Shown here one piece after another: positions 29,005 through 38,769 of a stretch of 64,000 nt of DNA (position 1 is the stretch's first letter; the number at the start of each line of letters is the position of its first letter). A program made the position numbers and the translations under genes. The notes beneath the pieces are model-generated. The model was given only the letters and a program-made list of their open reading frames with translations, was not told where the DNA came from and did no database searches. The DNA comes from Candidatus Omnitrophota bacterium (lineage in GTDB: Bacteria > Omnitrophota > Gorgyraeia > Zapsychrales > JAHFFX01), in assembly GCA_023247725.1 (NCBI GenBank), contig JAHFFW010000003.1, positions 704-64,703 of the forward strand, in the 5' to 3' direction.

Positions 29005-30249
29005 ATGGACAAACGCAGAGTTGTCATCACCGGTCAAGGAATTCTATCTCCGGTCGGTACGACTGTAACCAAATTCTGGAACTCGATCATCAAGGGCCAA
29101 AGCGGTATCCGCCCCATCGTTCATTTTGATGCGAGCAAGTTTGATTGCCGCATCAATGGAGACGTGATCGATTACAACGCGCTCGATCATTTCTCAACGA
29201 AAGAGGCCCGCCACTTGTCGCGGTTTATTCAGTTTGCCATTGTCGCTACCAAAGAGGCCATGACTCAGGCAAAATTGAATATGAACCAAGAAGACCCGGA
29301 CCGGGTCGGTGTTCTCGTTGGTTCCGGGATTGGCAGTATGCGAACAATGGAAGAAGAGTACGATAAACTTTTAGTGAAGGGGCCGAGCAAGATCTCTCCT
29401 TTTTTCATTCCGCGGATCATCATTAACGAAGCCTCCGGCCAAGTTTCTATCCATACGGGCGCTAAAGGTCCCACAACCTGTGTGGCCACAGCTTGCGCTA
29501 CCGCCAATAATGCTATCGGAGATGCGTTTCGTTTTATTCAATATGGTGACGCTGACGTCATGATCTGCGGAGGGACCGAAAGTGCGACGACCATGTTAGG
29601 GATCGGCGGATTTTGTGCCCTCAAGGCACTTTCCGAGCGCAATGATGACCCCGCCAGGGCCAGCCGGCCGTTTGATCTTAACCGGGATGGATTTGTCATG
29701 GCCGAAGGCGCCGGTATTGTCATTCTCGAATCATTGGAACATGCCCAAAAGCGCGGAGCTCATATTCTGGCGGAAATGGGTGGGTATGGTCGGACCTCTG
29801 ATGCCTACCATATTACGGCGCCCGATGAGAAAGGGGAAGGCGCGACCAAGGCGATGGAGCTCGCCATTAAGGACGCAGGGCTCAAACCCGCGGATATTTC
29901 TTACATCAATGCGCATGGAACTTCGACCAAACTCAATGATAAAGTCGAAAGCCTCGCGATCAAAAAAGTCTTTAAAGAATTAGCCAAAAAAGTTCCGGTC
30001 AGTTCCACCAAATCCATGACCGGTCATTTGCTGGGTGCCGCCGGTGGAATCGAATTCATCGCCTGCGTGGAGTCCATTGGGCATAATCTGGTTCCCCCAA
30101 CGATCAACTATGAAACCCCTGATCCGGATTGCGATCTGGATTATGTCCCGAATGAAGCCCGCCGCGTAACCGTCAATGCCGCGCTATCGAACTCGCTCGG
30201 ATTTGGCGGCCATAATGCCACCCTGGTCGTCAAAAGATTCGTCGAATGA
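29005..30249 (+). CDS. fabF: 3-oxoacyl-ACP synthase II FabF
   Basis: KAS fold with active-site Cys (TTCVATACATAN) and the His/His pair (HGTST... and GHLLGAAG). Confidence 0.9.
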   Translation: MDKRRVVITGQGILSPVGTTVTKFWNSIIKGQSGIRPIVHFDASKFDCRINGDVIDYNALDHFSTKEARHLSRFIQFAIVATKEAMTQAKLNMNQEDPDRVGVLVGSGIGSMRTMEEEYDKLLVKGPSKISPFFIPRIIINEASGQVSIHTGAKGPTTCVATACATANNAIGDAFRFIQYGDADVMICGGTESATTMLGIGGFCALKALSERNDDPARASRPFDLNRDGFVMAEGAGIVILESLEHAQKRGAHILAEMGGYGRTSDAYHITAPDEKGEGATKAMELAIKDAGLKPADISYINAHGTSTKLNDKVESLAIKKVFKELAKKVPVSSTKSMTGHLLGAAGGIEFIACVESIGHNLVPPTINYETPDPDCDLDYVPNEARRVTVNAALSNSLGFGGHNATLVVKRFVE

Positions 30250-30321
30250 ATTTTCGAAACGTGATATACTTTTAACCATTTAATTTTCTAGAAATCTTTT
30301 TCCATCCCTGAAGAAAGAATC

Positions 30322-31374
30322 ATGGCATCGTATAAAATCGCGGTCATTCCCGGCGACGGGACTGGCCCGGAAGTCATTGCCGAAGGCCTGAAAGTTCTGC
30401 AGGCTGTGGCCGAAAAGTGCGGATTCAAATATTCCACGGTGCGTTATGATTTCGGGGGCGAACGCTACTTGCGGACCAAGGAAATTCTGCCTGCCTCGGT
30501 CATCAAGGAATTTAAAACCTTCCACGCGATTTATCTGGGCGCCATTGGTCACCCGCAGGTTAAGCCCGGCATCCTGGAAAAAGGCATCCTATTAAAATTG
30601 CGCTTTGATTTGGATCAATACATTAATCTTCGTCCGGTCAAATTGTACGACGAGCGCTTTTGTCCGATCAAAAACAAAACTCCCAAGGACATTGACTTTG
30701 TCGTCATAAGGGAAAATTCCGAAGGCCTTTATAAAGGAATGGGAGAATTCAAAAATAAAGGAACCAAGCGCGAGGTGGCCATTCAGATTTCCTATAATAC
30801 CCGCAAAGGGATTGAACGCTGTCTACGCTATGCCTTTGAATATGCCCGAAAGCGGCCGCGCCAGCAATTGACGCTCTGCGGAAAAACCAATGTCTTAACT
30901 TATGCCTTTGATCTTTGGGAACGGGCTTTTCAGGAACTCAAAAAAGAGTATGCGGATGTCAAAACCGATTATGCCCACGTCGATGCAACGACCATGTGGT
31001 TTGTCAAAAATCCGGAATGGTTCGATGTGATCGTGACGGATAATATGTTCGGCGACATCATCACGGATTTGGGGGCCATGATTCAGGGAGGGATGGGGAT
31101 TGCGGCTGGCGGCAATATCAATCCCAAGGGGGTTTCGATGTTTGAACCGATTGGGGGATCCGCTCCCAAGTACACCGGTAAAAATATGATCAATCCCTTG
31201 GCCGCTATTTGTGCTTTAGGCATGCTTCTGGAACAAGTCGGAGAAACCCAAGCCGGGCAAATGGTGGAGAAGGCCGTGCAAACAGTGGCGCGAAATCATC
31301 TCAAGGATCTCGCCGCCGGACAGATGGGTTATTCAACAAGCGAAGTCGGGGATTTGGTGATGAAATCGTTGTAG
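30322..31374 (+). CDS. Isopropylmalate/isocitrate dehydrogenase family protein (LeuB-like)
   Basis: [14 protein letters not shown] terminus and a C-terminal NMFGDIITD motif of beta-decarboxylating dehydrogenases. Confidence 0.6.
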   Translation: MASYKIAVIPGDGTGPEVIAEGLKVLQAVAEKCGFKYSTVRYDFGGERYLRTKEILPASVIKEFKTFHAIYLGAIGHPQVKPGILEKGILLKLRFDLDQYINLRPVKLYDERFCPIKNKTPKDIDFVVIRENSEGLYKGMGEFKNKGTKREVAIQISYNTRKGIERCLRYAFEYARKRPRQQLTLCGKTNVLTYAFDLWERAFQELKKEYADVKTDYAHVDATTMWFVKNPEWFDVIVTDNMFGDIITDLGAMIQGGMGIAAGGNINPKGVSMFEPIGGSAPKYTGKNMINPLAAICALGMLLEQVGETQAGQMVEKAVQTVARNHLKDLAAGQMGYSTSEVGDLVMKSL

Positions 31375-31376
31375 CA

Positions 31377-31446
31377 CAGTGTAAAATGAAAAGTGTTAAG
31401 TGTCAGGTAATGGTATCAATTGACAACGAATGCCACTTAACACTTT
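31377..31446. repeat. Family A palindromic element: AAGTGTTAAGTG ... CACTTAACACTT, 12-bp perfect arms with a 31-nt spacer
   Basis: Left arm 31391-31402 and right arm 31434-31445, preceded by agtgtaaaatg as in the 17580 copy. Lies between the leuB-like gene and asd. Confidence 0.45.
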
Positions 31447-31458
31447 AAAAAAAACATT

Positions 31459-32472
31459 ATGAAAAAAATTAATAAAACCTACAACATCGCCGTCGTAGGA
31501 GTAGGGGCGGTCGGCGAAGCGATGCTGCGCGTGTTGCGCCAGCGGAAATTCCCGATTAATACACTGAGGATCTTTGCGCGCAGCGCCCGGACGATCAATG
31601 TCGATGGACAAGAATATTCCGTTGAGGAATTAACTCACGATTCGTTTCATGGGATCGATATCGCCCTTTTTGCTGGAACCGAAGGAGAAAAGGGGGCGGC
31701 GGTGACCTATGCGGCAAGTGCGATTAAGGCCGGGGCGGTCGTCATTGACAATGGCGCAGATTTTCGCATGAAAAAGGATGTTCCTCTCGTCGTACCGGAA
31801 GCAAATCCCGGCGATGTCAAAAACCATAAGGGCATCATTGCCAATCCCAACTGCTCGACGATCCAGATGGTCGTGGCGTTAGCCCCCATCAAAAAGAGAG
31901 CGGGACTCAAACGTGTTGTTGTTTCAACTTATCAGGCTGTTTCCGGTAGCGGCCGGGGAGGTATGGTTCAGATAGAAAAAGAATACCGCGCCTGGGCTGC
32001 CAATTCTTCCGAAAATATTCCCGTGGCCATGTCACAAACCATCCGGTTCAATATCTTCCCGCACATCGGAAGTTTTAATGCAGACGGTTCCACCACCGAA
32101 GAAATGAAAATGGTCCATGAAACCCGCAAAATCCTGCACGACAACAAAATCAAGATTTCTGCCACCACGGTGCGGGTCCCAGTTGTGAATGGCCATTCGG
32201 AAGCCGTTTACATCGAAACCACCAAGCCGATTTCTCCGGATTCGGTTCGATCCCTGCTCAAAAAATCTGCCGGGATCATTGTGATGGACGACCCTAAGAG
32301 CAATCTATACCCCATGCCCATCCACTGCGATGGCAAGGACGAAGTTTTTGTCGGGCGGATCCGGCGCGATGCATCAGTCAAAAACGGCTTATGGCTTTGG
32401 ATTGTCGCCGATAACTTGCGCAAAGGCGCCGCCACCAATGCCGTGCAGATTGCGGAATTGTTAATCAAATAG
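31459..32472 (+). CDS. asd: Aspartate-semialdehyde dehydrogenase
   Basis: NAD(P)-binding N terminus VVGVGAVG and the active-site NPNCSTI Cys motif. Confidence 0.9.
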   Translation: MKKINKTYNIAVVGVGAVGEAMLRVLRQRKFPINTLRIFARSARTINVDGQEYSVEELTHDSFHGIDIALFAGTEGEKGAAVTYAASAIKAGAVVIDNGADFRMKKDVPLVVPEANPGDVKNHKGIIANPNCSTIQMVVALAPIKKRAGLKRVVVSTYQAVSGSGRGGMVQIEKEYRAWAANSSENIPVAMSQTIRFNIFPHIGSFNADGSTTEEMKMVHETRKILHDNKIKISATTVRVPVVNGHSEAVYIETTKPISPDSVRSLLKKSAGIIVMDDPKSNLYPMPIHCDGKDEVFVGRIRRDASVKNGLWLWIVADNLRKGAATNAVQIAELLIK

Positions 32473-32563
32473 CGGATAGCGAATAGCGGACGAGACAATC
32501 TCAAAAACTTCTTGTCACAACTGACATCTCTGTCCGCTAACCGCTACACGCTGTCTCTTTGCA

Positions 32564-33325
32564 ATGCAAAATTTCAAATTCACCATCGAATACGACGGGA
32601 CTAATTTTAACGGCTGGCAGATTCAGGAAAAATCCCAACGCACCGTCCAAGGAGAAATCCAGAAGGTCCTGGAAAAAATTTTCAAGAAAAAAATTCATGT
32701 TCATGGCTCAGGAAGAACCGACAGGGGCGTTCATGCCTTGGGCCAGGTGGCCCATTGCCAGATTGAAACTAATAAATCCACCTCCGAAATCCTTTTTGCC
32801 GTCAACGCCAACCTTCCACCCGATATCAGCATTGTCAAAGTTGAAGCCGTTGCCCATTCTTTCAATGCCCAGTACTCGGCCCTGAGCAAAACCTATCGTT
32901 ATACGATTCTGAACCGGCGGGTTCGTCAGCCTTTGTCACGATTCTTTATGTACCAATATCCTTATCGTCTCGATATCGCTGGGATGAAAAAGGCAGGTCG
33001 ATATTTGAGAGGAAAAAACGATTTTAAGGCCTTCACGTCCTTGGAATCGGCCCGGATCCAGGAAGGAAAAGCCCGAAGGACGATTAGAACCGTTTCAAAA
33101 CTTAGGATCAAGAAGTCGGGCCCCATGATTATGATTGAAATTAAGGCGGATGGGTTCCTCTATAAAATGGTCCGTAATATCATTGGCGCGTTACTGGAGG
33201 TGGGCAGCGGTCGAATGAAGGCCAGCGAGATGAAAGAGATCCTCGAAAAAAAAGACCGGGCTCATGCCGGCAAAGCTGCTCCCCCGTGGGGTCTATGCTT
33301 ACTCAAAGTCGATTATCCAAAATAA
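32564..33325 (+). CDS. truA: tRNA pseudouridine(38-40) synthase TruA
   Basis: FKFTIEYDGTNFNGWQ and GSGRTDRGVHALGQVAH catalytic Asp motif. Confidence 0.85.
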   Translation: MQNFKFTIEYDGTNFNGWQIQEKSQRTVQGEIQKVLEKIFKKKIHVHGSGRTDRGVHALGQVAHCQIETNKSTSEILFAVNANLPPDISIVKVEAVAHSFNAQYSALSKTYRYTILNRRVRQPLSRFFMYQYPYRLDIAGMKKAGRYLRGKNDFKAFTSLESARIQEGKARRTIRTVSKLRIKKSGPMIMIEIKADGFLYKMVRNIIGALLEVGSGRMKASEMKEILEKKDRAHAGKAAPPWGLCLLKVDYPK

Positions 33326-33381
33326 AATCACTCTAATTTTTCTTCTATCCGTAAAACAGCCGTCGCAGCCGGGAATAAGTG

Positions 33382-33410
33382 TTGACAATTTTTTTAAAGA
33401 TGTTATATTT
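33382..33410 (+). promoter_or_regulatory. Candidate promoter TTGACA-N16/17-TATATT for rplM-rpsI
   Basis: Consensus -35 and a near-consensus -10 about 50 nt upstream of rplM. Confidence 0.4.
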
Positions 33411-33461
33411 TTCAAGTTCATTTTTCCGTTGTCATTCCTAAAACTTTAGGGCAAAAATTTC

Positions 33462-33893
33462 ATGCAAAAGACTTATCTCGCAAAGCCGCATGAGGTCACG
33501 CGTCATTTTTATCTCATTGATGCGAACAATAAAATCCTGGGCCGCGTCGCCAGCAAGGCCGCGGCGATTTTAAGGGGGAAACATAAAGCCATTTTCACGC
33601 CCCATATTGATTGCGGCGATACCGTGATCATTATTAACGCGGATAAAATTCGCGTCACTGCTAAAAAACTGACCGATAAGCTTTACCAACGATATACCGG
33701 TTACCCGAGTGGTCGAAAGCTCACCGCCCTGGGAGATCTTCTGGCCAAGAAACCCACACAGGTTATGCGCTTGGCCGTCACGCGCATGCTGCCTCGTGGG
33801 CCTTTGGGATTTAAAATTCGTAAAAAGCTGAAGATTTATACGGGTGACAAGCACCCGCACCAGGCGCAAAAGCCCGTGACCTTAGCCATTTAA
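33462..33893 (+). CDS. rplM: Ribosomal protein L13
   Basis: 143 aa; HFYLIDA, GRVAS, LTAKKLTDK and YTGYPSGRK L13 motifs. Confidence 0.9.
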   Translation: MQKTYLAKPHEVTRHFYLIDANNKILGRVASKAAAILRGKHKAIFTPHIDCGDTVIIINADKIRVTAKKLTDKLYQRYTGYPSGRKLTALGDLLAKKPTQVMRLAVTRMLPRGPLGFKIRKKLKIYTGDKHPHQAQKPVTLAI

Positions 33894-33917
33894 AATTATT
33901 TTTGAAGGATTATACCG

Positions 33918-34313
33918 ATGATAGAAATCGTTAAATATGGAGCGACGGGCCGCCGAAAAAGTTCGGTTGCCCGAGTCACCTTGATTCCCGGCGAAGGAAA
34001 AATTTCCGTCAATGACCGTTCTTTTGAAGAATATTTTAAGCGAGAAACTGATCGGATCACCATCATGGAACCCTTGCGCCTGACCAACACCATCAATAAA
34101 TTTGACATTTTTGTGAGCATTTTCGGTGGGGGCTCAACCGGACAGGCCGGGGCTATGCGTTTGGGACTCTCGCGCGCCTTGGCATTGTGCGATACGGCCA
34201 ATAAAAGCGTTCTAAAAAAGGCTGATTGCCTGAGCCGCGACCCCAGAATGAAGGAAAGAAAAAAACCTGGTCAGAAGGGAGCAAGGAAAAAATTCCAATG
34301 GGTTAAGCGCTAA
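33918..34313 (+). CDS. rpsI: Ribosomal protein S9
   Basis: 131 aa; GGGSTGQAGA and the basic C-terminal tail ending KR. Confidence 0.9.
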   Translation: MIEIVKYGATGRRKSSVARVTLIPGEGKISVNDRSFEEYFKRETDRITIMEPLRLTNTINKFDIFVSIFGGGSTGQAGAMRLGLSRALALCDTANKSVLKKADCLSRDPRMKERKKPGQKGARKKFQWVKR

Positions 34314-34365
34314 ATCAATCCAGTAGAAAATAACCATCGCAGGTCGGCCAAAAGGCCATTTCTAA

Positions 34366-34408
34366 CCTATCTCCCTCGACAAAAGAGTTGACGAGATAGG
34401 TTTTTTAT
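34366..34408 (+). terminator. Rho-independent terminator after rpsI
   Basis: cctatctc...gagatagg stem followed by TTTTTT; a small ggcc-aaaa-ggcc hairpin lies just upstream. Confidence 0.6.
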
Positions 34409-34593
34409 TTTAATATACGTTATTCTTTTTTAAATTTTCAGTCGAGAAAATGCCCGTGACAAAAATGTGAGCCTAAGATTACCCCGCACTTTGCTTGAGG
34501 TTTTTTGAATATTTCCACAAAGGCGGGGTTGTTCTATCTATTGTGTCGACCGCATTTCTGGCTTTTAAAAATTCCTTTTTTTAGGAGAAAATC

Positions 34594-35613
34594 ATGGTTC
34601 GGGTAGGAATTGTCGGGGTGAGCGGTTATTCCGGTGCCTTGCTGCTGGAGTTATTGCTGCATCATCCTCGGGTTCGGGTTACTTATGCCAGTGCACTCAA
34701 TACCACCGGCAAACTGGCGGATCTCTGGCCGCGAGTCGCCGGCCAGACGGAACTGCGCTGCGATATTTTTCAAGCAAAGCGAGCCATCGAACTGTGCGAT
34801 CTGATTTTGTTGGCGGTTCCGCACACGAACTCTTTGTCCATTACTCCGAAACTCCTTAAAGGAAATGTTCGGGTGATTGATTTGAGCGCAGATTATCGAC
34901 TAAAAAATAAATCCGATTACAAAACCTGGTATAACCTTGAGCATTCGGATCCGGCCAATTTGGCAAAAGCGGTTTATGGGCTTCCAGAATTGCATCGAGC
35001 CGATATCAAAAAATCCCGATTGGTCGCTAATCCGGGGTGTTACCCCACTGCGGCCATTCTGGGATTAGCTCCTTTGGTTTCCACTCAAGCGGAGGCAATC
35101 GATTCGATCACGATTGACGCCAAATCGGGTGTTTCCGGCGCAGGCAAAAAGATTGCCCCTGAGTTGATGTTTGTGGAGGTTAACGAAAACTTTAAGGCCT
35201 ATAAAGTCCTGCAGCATCAGCATACGCCGGAAATCGAGCGGCAGATCTCAAAACTTTGCGGATATGCGGTTACGGTGGCCTTCGTGCCGCATCTTTTGCC
35301 CATCAATAACGGAATTCTTTCGACCATCTATGTGCGTCTAAAAAAATCCGTTAGTTTGGAAAGTATCTACAATCTTTATAAAAAATTTTACAAAACCGAA
35401 CCCTTTGTACGGTTGCATCCATTGGGTCATCAACCGGAACTCAAACATGTGGGGGGAACCAATTATTGCGACGTGGGATTGGCGCAATCTTCTGACCAAA
35501 ACTTGTTGGTCGTGACCACGGTCATCGATAACCTGATGAAGGGTGCCAGCGGTCAAGCGATTCAGAATCTGAATATTATGTGCGGATTTAAAGAAGCAGA
35601 GGGTCTAAAATGA
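34594..35613 (+). CDS. argC: N-acetyl-gamma-glutamyl-phosphate reductase ArgC
   Basis: VGVSGYSG N terminus and the NPGCYPTA active-site Cys. Confidence 0.9.
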   Translation: MVRVGIVGVSGYSGALLLELLLHHPRVRVTYASALNTTGKLADLWPRVAGQTELRCDIFQAKRAIELCDLILLAVPHTNSLSITPKLLKGNVRVIDLSADYRLKNKSDYKTWYNLEHSDPANLAKAVYGLPELHRADIKKSRLVANPGCYPTAAILGLAPLVSTQAEAIDSITIDAKSGVSGAGKKIAPELMFVEVNENFKAYKVLQHQHTPEIERQISKLCGYAVTVAFVPHLLPINNGILSTIYVRLKKSVSLESIYNLYKKFYKTEPFVRLHPLGHQPELKHVGGTNYCDVGLAQSSDQNLLVVTTVIDNLMKGASGQAIQNLNIMCGFKEAEGLK

Positions 35614-36749
35614 AACTGATTGAAGGGGGCGTCACCGCGGCAACAGGGTTTAAAGCCAACGGGCTTTCCTCAGGCATCAAGCGTTCGGGAAAATTGGATC
35701 TGGCCTTGATTGCCTGCGATCAACCGGCGGTATGCGCTGGTGTGTTTACTAAAAATTCCATTAAGGCCGCGCCCGTCGTGGTGAGCCAGCAAAAATTGCA
35801 CCGGCATCAGGCTCAGGCCATCCTGGTGAATAGCGGCAATGCCAACTGTTTTACCGGAAATTTTGGTTTATTGTATGCGCAAAAATCCACCGAATTGATC
35901 GCGGGTTTGCTCAACATCAGCGCGGACCATGTCTTGGTCGCTTCGACCGGCATCATCGGAAAGCCTTTACCTTACAAAAAGATTGAAAAGGCAGCGTCGC
36001 GTTTGGTTCAAGGATTGAGCAAACGAGGCGGGGCCCTGGCTGCACAAGCGATTTTGACCACGGATAAAAAAGTTAAGGAGATCGCGCTCCAAACAAAGAT
36101 CGGAGGAAGGACCGTCACGATCGGTGCCTGCGCCAAAGGCTCCGGGATGATTCAACCCAATATGGCGACCATGCTCGCCTTTATCACAACCGATGCCATG
36201 ATTCAACCTCAAGCCCTGGATCTGGCGCTTCATCGCGCCGTGGAAAAAACTTTTAATTGTATCAGCGTTGATGGGTGCATGAGCACCAATGACATGGTGA
36301 GTGTCCTGGCCAATGGTTTTGTCGGTCACACGCCCATCGCCGAGCCAAGCAAAGATTATGAAATCTTTTGTGCAGCCCTGGATTTCATTTGCTTGGATTT
36401 GGCCCACAAAATCGTTAAGGACGCAGAAGGCGCGACCAAATTTATTGAAATCACGATCGAAGGAGCAAAGGATGACGAGCAGGCCAAGGCGGTGGGGCTC
36501 GCCATTGCCAATTCCAATCTCGTTAAATGCGCCGCCTTTGGCAGTGATCCGAATTGGGGCCGGGTGGCCGCGGCGGTTGGATCTTTGGGACTCCATGTGT
36601 CGGAAAAGAGCCTTAAGATCGCATTCAGTTCCTTTAAAAAGCCCCATATCGATATCAAGGTTGATTTGAATCTCGGACGCCATCGGGCTGTCATTTACAC
36701 GGCGGATTTGTCAACGGAGTATGTAAAAATCAATGGACGATATAATTAA
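35610..36749 (+). CDS. argJ: Bifunctional ornithine acetyltransferase / N-acetylglutamate synthase ArgJ
   Basis: ATMLAFITTDA self-cleavage site and the ArgJ fold. Confidence 0.9.
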   Translation: MKLIEGGVTAATGFKANGLSSGIKRSGKLDLALIACDQPAVCAGVFTKNSIKAAPVVVSQQKLHRHQAQAILVNSGNANCFTGNFGLLYAQKSTELIAGLLNISADHVLVASTGIIGKPLPYKKIEKAASRLVQGLSKRGGALAAQAILTTDKKVKEIALQTKIGGRTVTIGACAKGSGMIQPNMATMLAFITTDAMIQPQALDLALHRAVEKTFNCISVDGCMSTNDMVSVLANGFVGHTPIAEPSKDYEIFCAALDFICLDLAHKIVKDAEGATKFIEITIEGAKDDEQAKAVGLAIANSNLVKCAAFGSDPNWGRVAAAVGSLGLHVSEKSLKIAFSSFKKPHIDIKVDLNLGRHRAVIYTADLSTEYVKINGRYN

Positions 36750-37587
36750 AAAGGCTGGCATTCTGGTTGAAGCCATTCCCTATATCCACGCCTTCCGGCG
36801 CAAGGTGTTTGTGATCAAGTACGGAGGCAGCATCCTGGATAATGCGGCCATCCGGAAAAATGTCCTGGAAGATATTGTCTTTTTTAGTTATGTCGGAATT
36901 CGAACCATCCTGGTCCATGGGGGTGGGCCGCAGATCAGCCGCCGCCTCAAAGAAAGCGGGCGAAAATCGGAATTTCACGAGGGCATTAGGGTGACCGACG
37001 AGCATACCCTGCAGGTGGTGAGCGAAGAATTGGATAAACTCAATAAGCAAATTGTCTCAGAGATCAAGGCCCTCAAGGGCGATGTGACTGGTCTCAAAGG
37101 GGATGAAAATCTCATTTATGTCGAAAAAAAACAAGCCGTGAAAGATCTGGGGTTCGTAGGGACAATCACCCGTATCCATCTGGATGTGATTGAGTCGCAT
37201 TTAAAACGAGGGCATATTACGGTCGTTTCTCCCATGGGTATCAGTAAGGACAAACAGCCCCACAACGTCAATGCCGACGAGGTCGCGAGCGCGATTGCCT
37301 GTTCCATGCAGGCGGAAAAATTTGTCTTATTAACCAATGTGACCGGGGTTTTAAGTAATCCGAATGATCCGGAATCCTTAATCTCGAGCCTGACCGTGGA
37401 GGAAGTCAACAACCTCATCAAAAAAAATGTCATCCAGTCGGGGATGATCCCGAAGGTCAATTCCTGCGTCGAGGCCCTGAATGGCGGTGTCCATAAAACT
37501 CACATCATTGATGCCCGCCTGAGCCACGCCCTACTTTTGGAAATTTTTACCGACCAGGGCGTGGGAACCCAGATCATCAAAGAATGA
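36733..37587 (+). CDS. argB: Acetylglutamate kinase ArgB
   Basis: VIKYGGS amino-acid-kinase motif; 284 aa. Confidence 0.9.
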   Translation: MDDIIKKAGILVEAIPYIHAFRRKVFVIKYGGSILDNAAIRKNVLEDIVFFSYVGIRTILVHGGGPQISRRLKESGRKSEFHEGIRVTDEHTLQVVSEELDKLNKQIVSEIKALKGDVTGLKGDENLIYVEKKQAVKDLGFVGTITRIHLDVIESHLKRGHITVVSPMGISKDKQPHNVNADEVASAIACSMQAEKFVLLTNVTGVLSNPNDPESLISSLTVEEVNNLIKKNVIQSGMIPKVNSCVEALNGGVHKTHIIDARLSHALLLEIFTDQGVGTQIIKE

Positions 37588-38765
37588 AAAAACCAGAAAT
37601 CTTGGAAGCCTACGATGAGTTTATCCTTCCCATTTATTCCCGGATGCCGGGAATCTTTGTCAAGGGCAAGGGCATGGCCCTTTATGATATTGACGGAAAA
37701 AAATATTTGGACTTTTTTCCGGGATGGGGCGTCAATAACGTCGGGCATTGTCATCCGAAAGTCATGGCCGGCGTCCGCAATCAAATCGGGAAGCTCATTT
37801 TTATTCCGAATAATCTTTATCACCCGTTCGCACCAAAATTGGCCAAAGAGATCGTACGCTGGTCGTTTCCGGCCAAGGTTTTCTTCTGTAATAGTGGGAC
37901 AGAAGCCTGCGAAGCGGCCATCAAGTTCTCCCGGGTCTATGGCAAAGGTGAACGTTTTGAAATCATTTCGATGCACAATTCATTTCATGGCCGAACCCTC
38001 GGTGCGGTTTCTGCGACGGGACAAAAAAAATATCAGGATCCTTTTCATCCGCTGTTGCCAGGGTTTAAAACCATCGAATTCAATAACCTCGGGGCTCTTA
38101 AGAACGCCTTGACTGAGAAAACGATTGCCGTACTCCTGGAATTGGTGCAAGGAGAAGGTGGGGTTCATGTGGCTTCAAAAGAATACATTCAAGAAGTCCG
38201 CCGGATTTGCGATGAAAAAAATCTCCTTTTTATCTTGGATGAAGTTCAGACGGGCATGGGACGCACCGGTGAGATGTTTGCCTTCAAACATTTCGGGATC
38301 ACTCCCGATCTTATGATTCTGGCGAAATCTCTCGGCGGAGGATTGCCCATTGGGGCGCTGGTCGTTAAAAAAGAATTAAGCGATGTGCTAAAGCCAGGCA
38401 TGCACGCCTCGACCTTTGGCGGAAGCCCGTTGATTTGCCAGGCAAGCCTGGGGGCCTTTAAGGCCATTGTGACGGGTAAAATGTTGCAAAATGTGAAGGT
38501 GATGGGTCCTTATCTCATGAAGAAGGCGCAAATTCTCCAACAAAAATATCCTTTCATGGCCGCGGTTCGAGGGCTGGGATTGATGGTCGGAATTCAGCTC
38601 TCTATTGAGGGAAAGTCCATCGTCGAGGATTGTTTTGCCAGTGGGCTTATCATCAACTGTACTCAAGGCAATATCCTTCGGTTGATGCCGGCCCTGAACG
38701 TAACCCAGAAAGAGGTCAATAAGGCCATGGCCATTCTTGACCTGGCTTGTTCCAGAATAAAGTGA
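37584..38765 (+). CDS. argD: Acetylornithine aminotransferase ArgD
   Basis: Class III PLP aminotransferase (DEVQTGMGRTG, PLP Lys in ILAKSLGGG). Confidence 0.85.
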   Translation: MKKPEILEAYDEFILPIYSRMPGIFVKGKGMALYDIDGKKYLDFFPGWGVNNVGHCHPKVMAGVRNQIGKLIFIPNNLYHPFAPKLAKEIVRWSFPAKVFFCNSGTEACEAAIKFSRVYGKGERFEIISMHNSFHGRTLGAVSATGQKKYQDPFHPLLPGFKTIEFNNLGALKNALTEKTIAVLLELVQGEGGVHVASKEYIQEVRRICDEKNLLFILDEVQTGMGRTGEMFAFKHFGITPDLMILAKSLGGGLPIGALVVKKELSDVLKPGMHASTFGGSPLICQASLGAFKAIVTGKMLQNVKVMGPYLMKKAQILQQKYPFMAAVRGLGLMVGIQLSIEGKSIVEDCFASGLIINCTQGNILRLMPALNVTQKEVNKAMAILDLACSRIK

Positions 38766-38769
38766 GACG

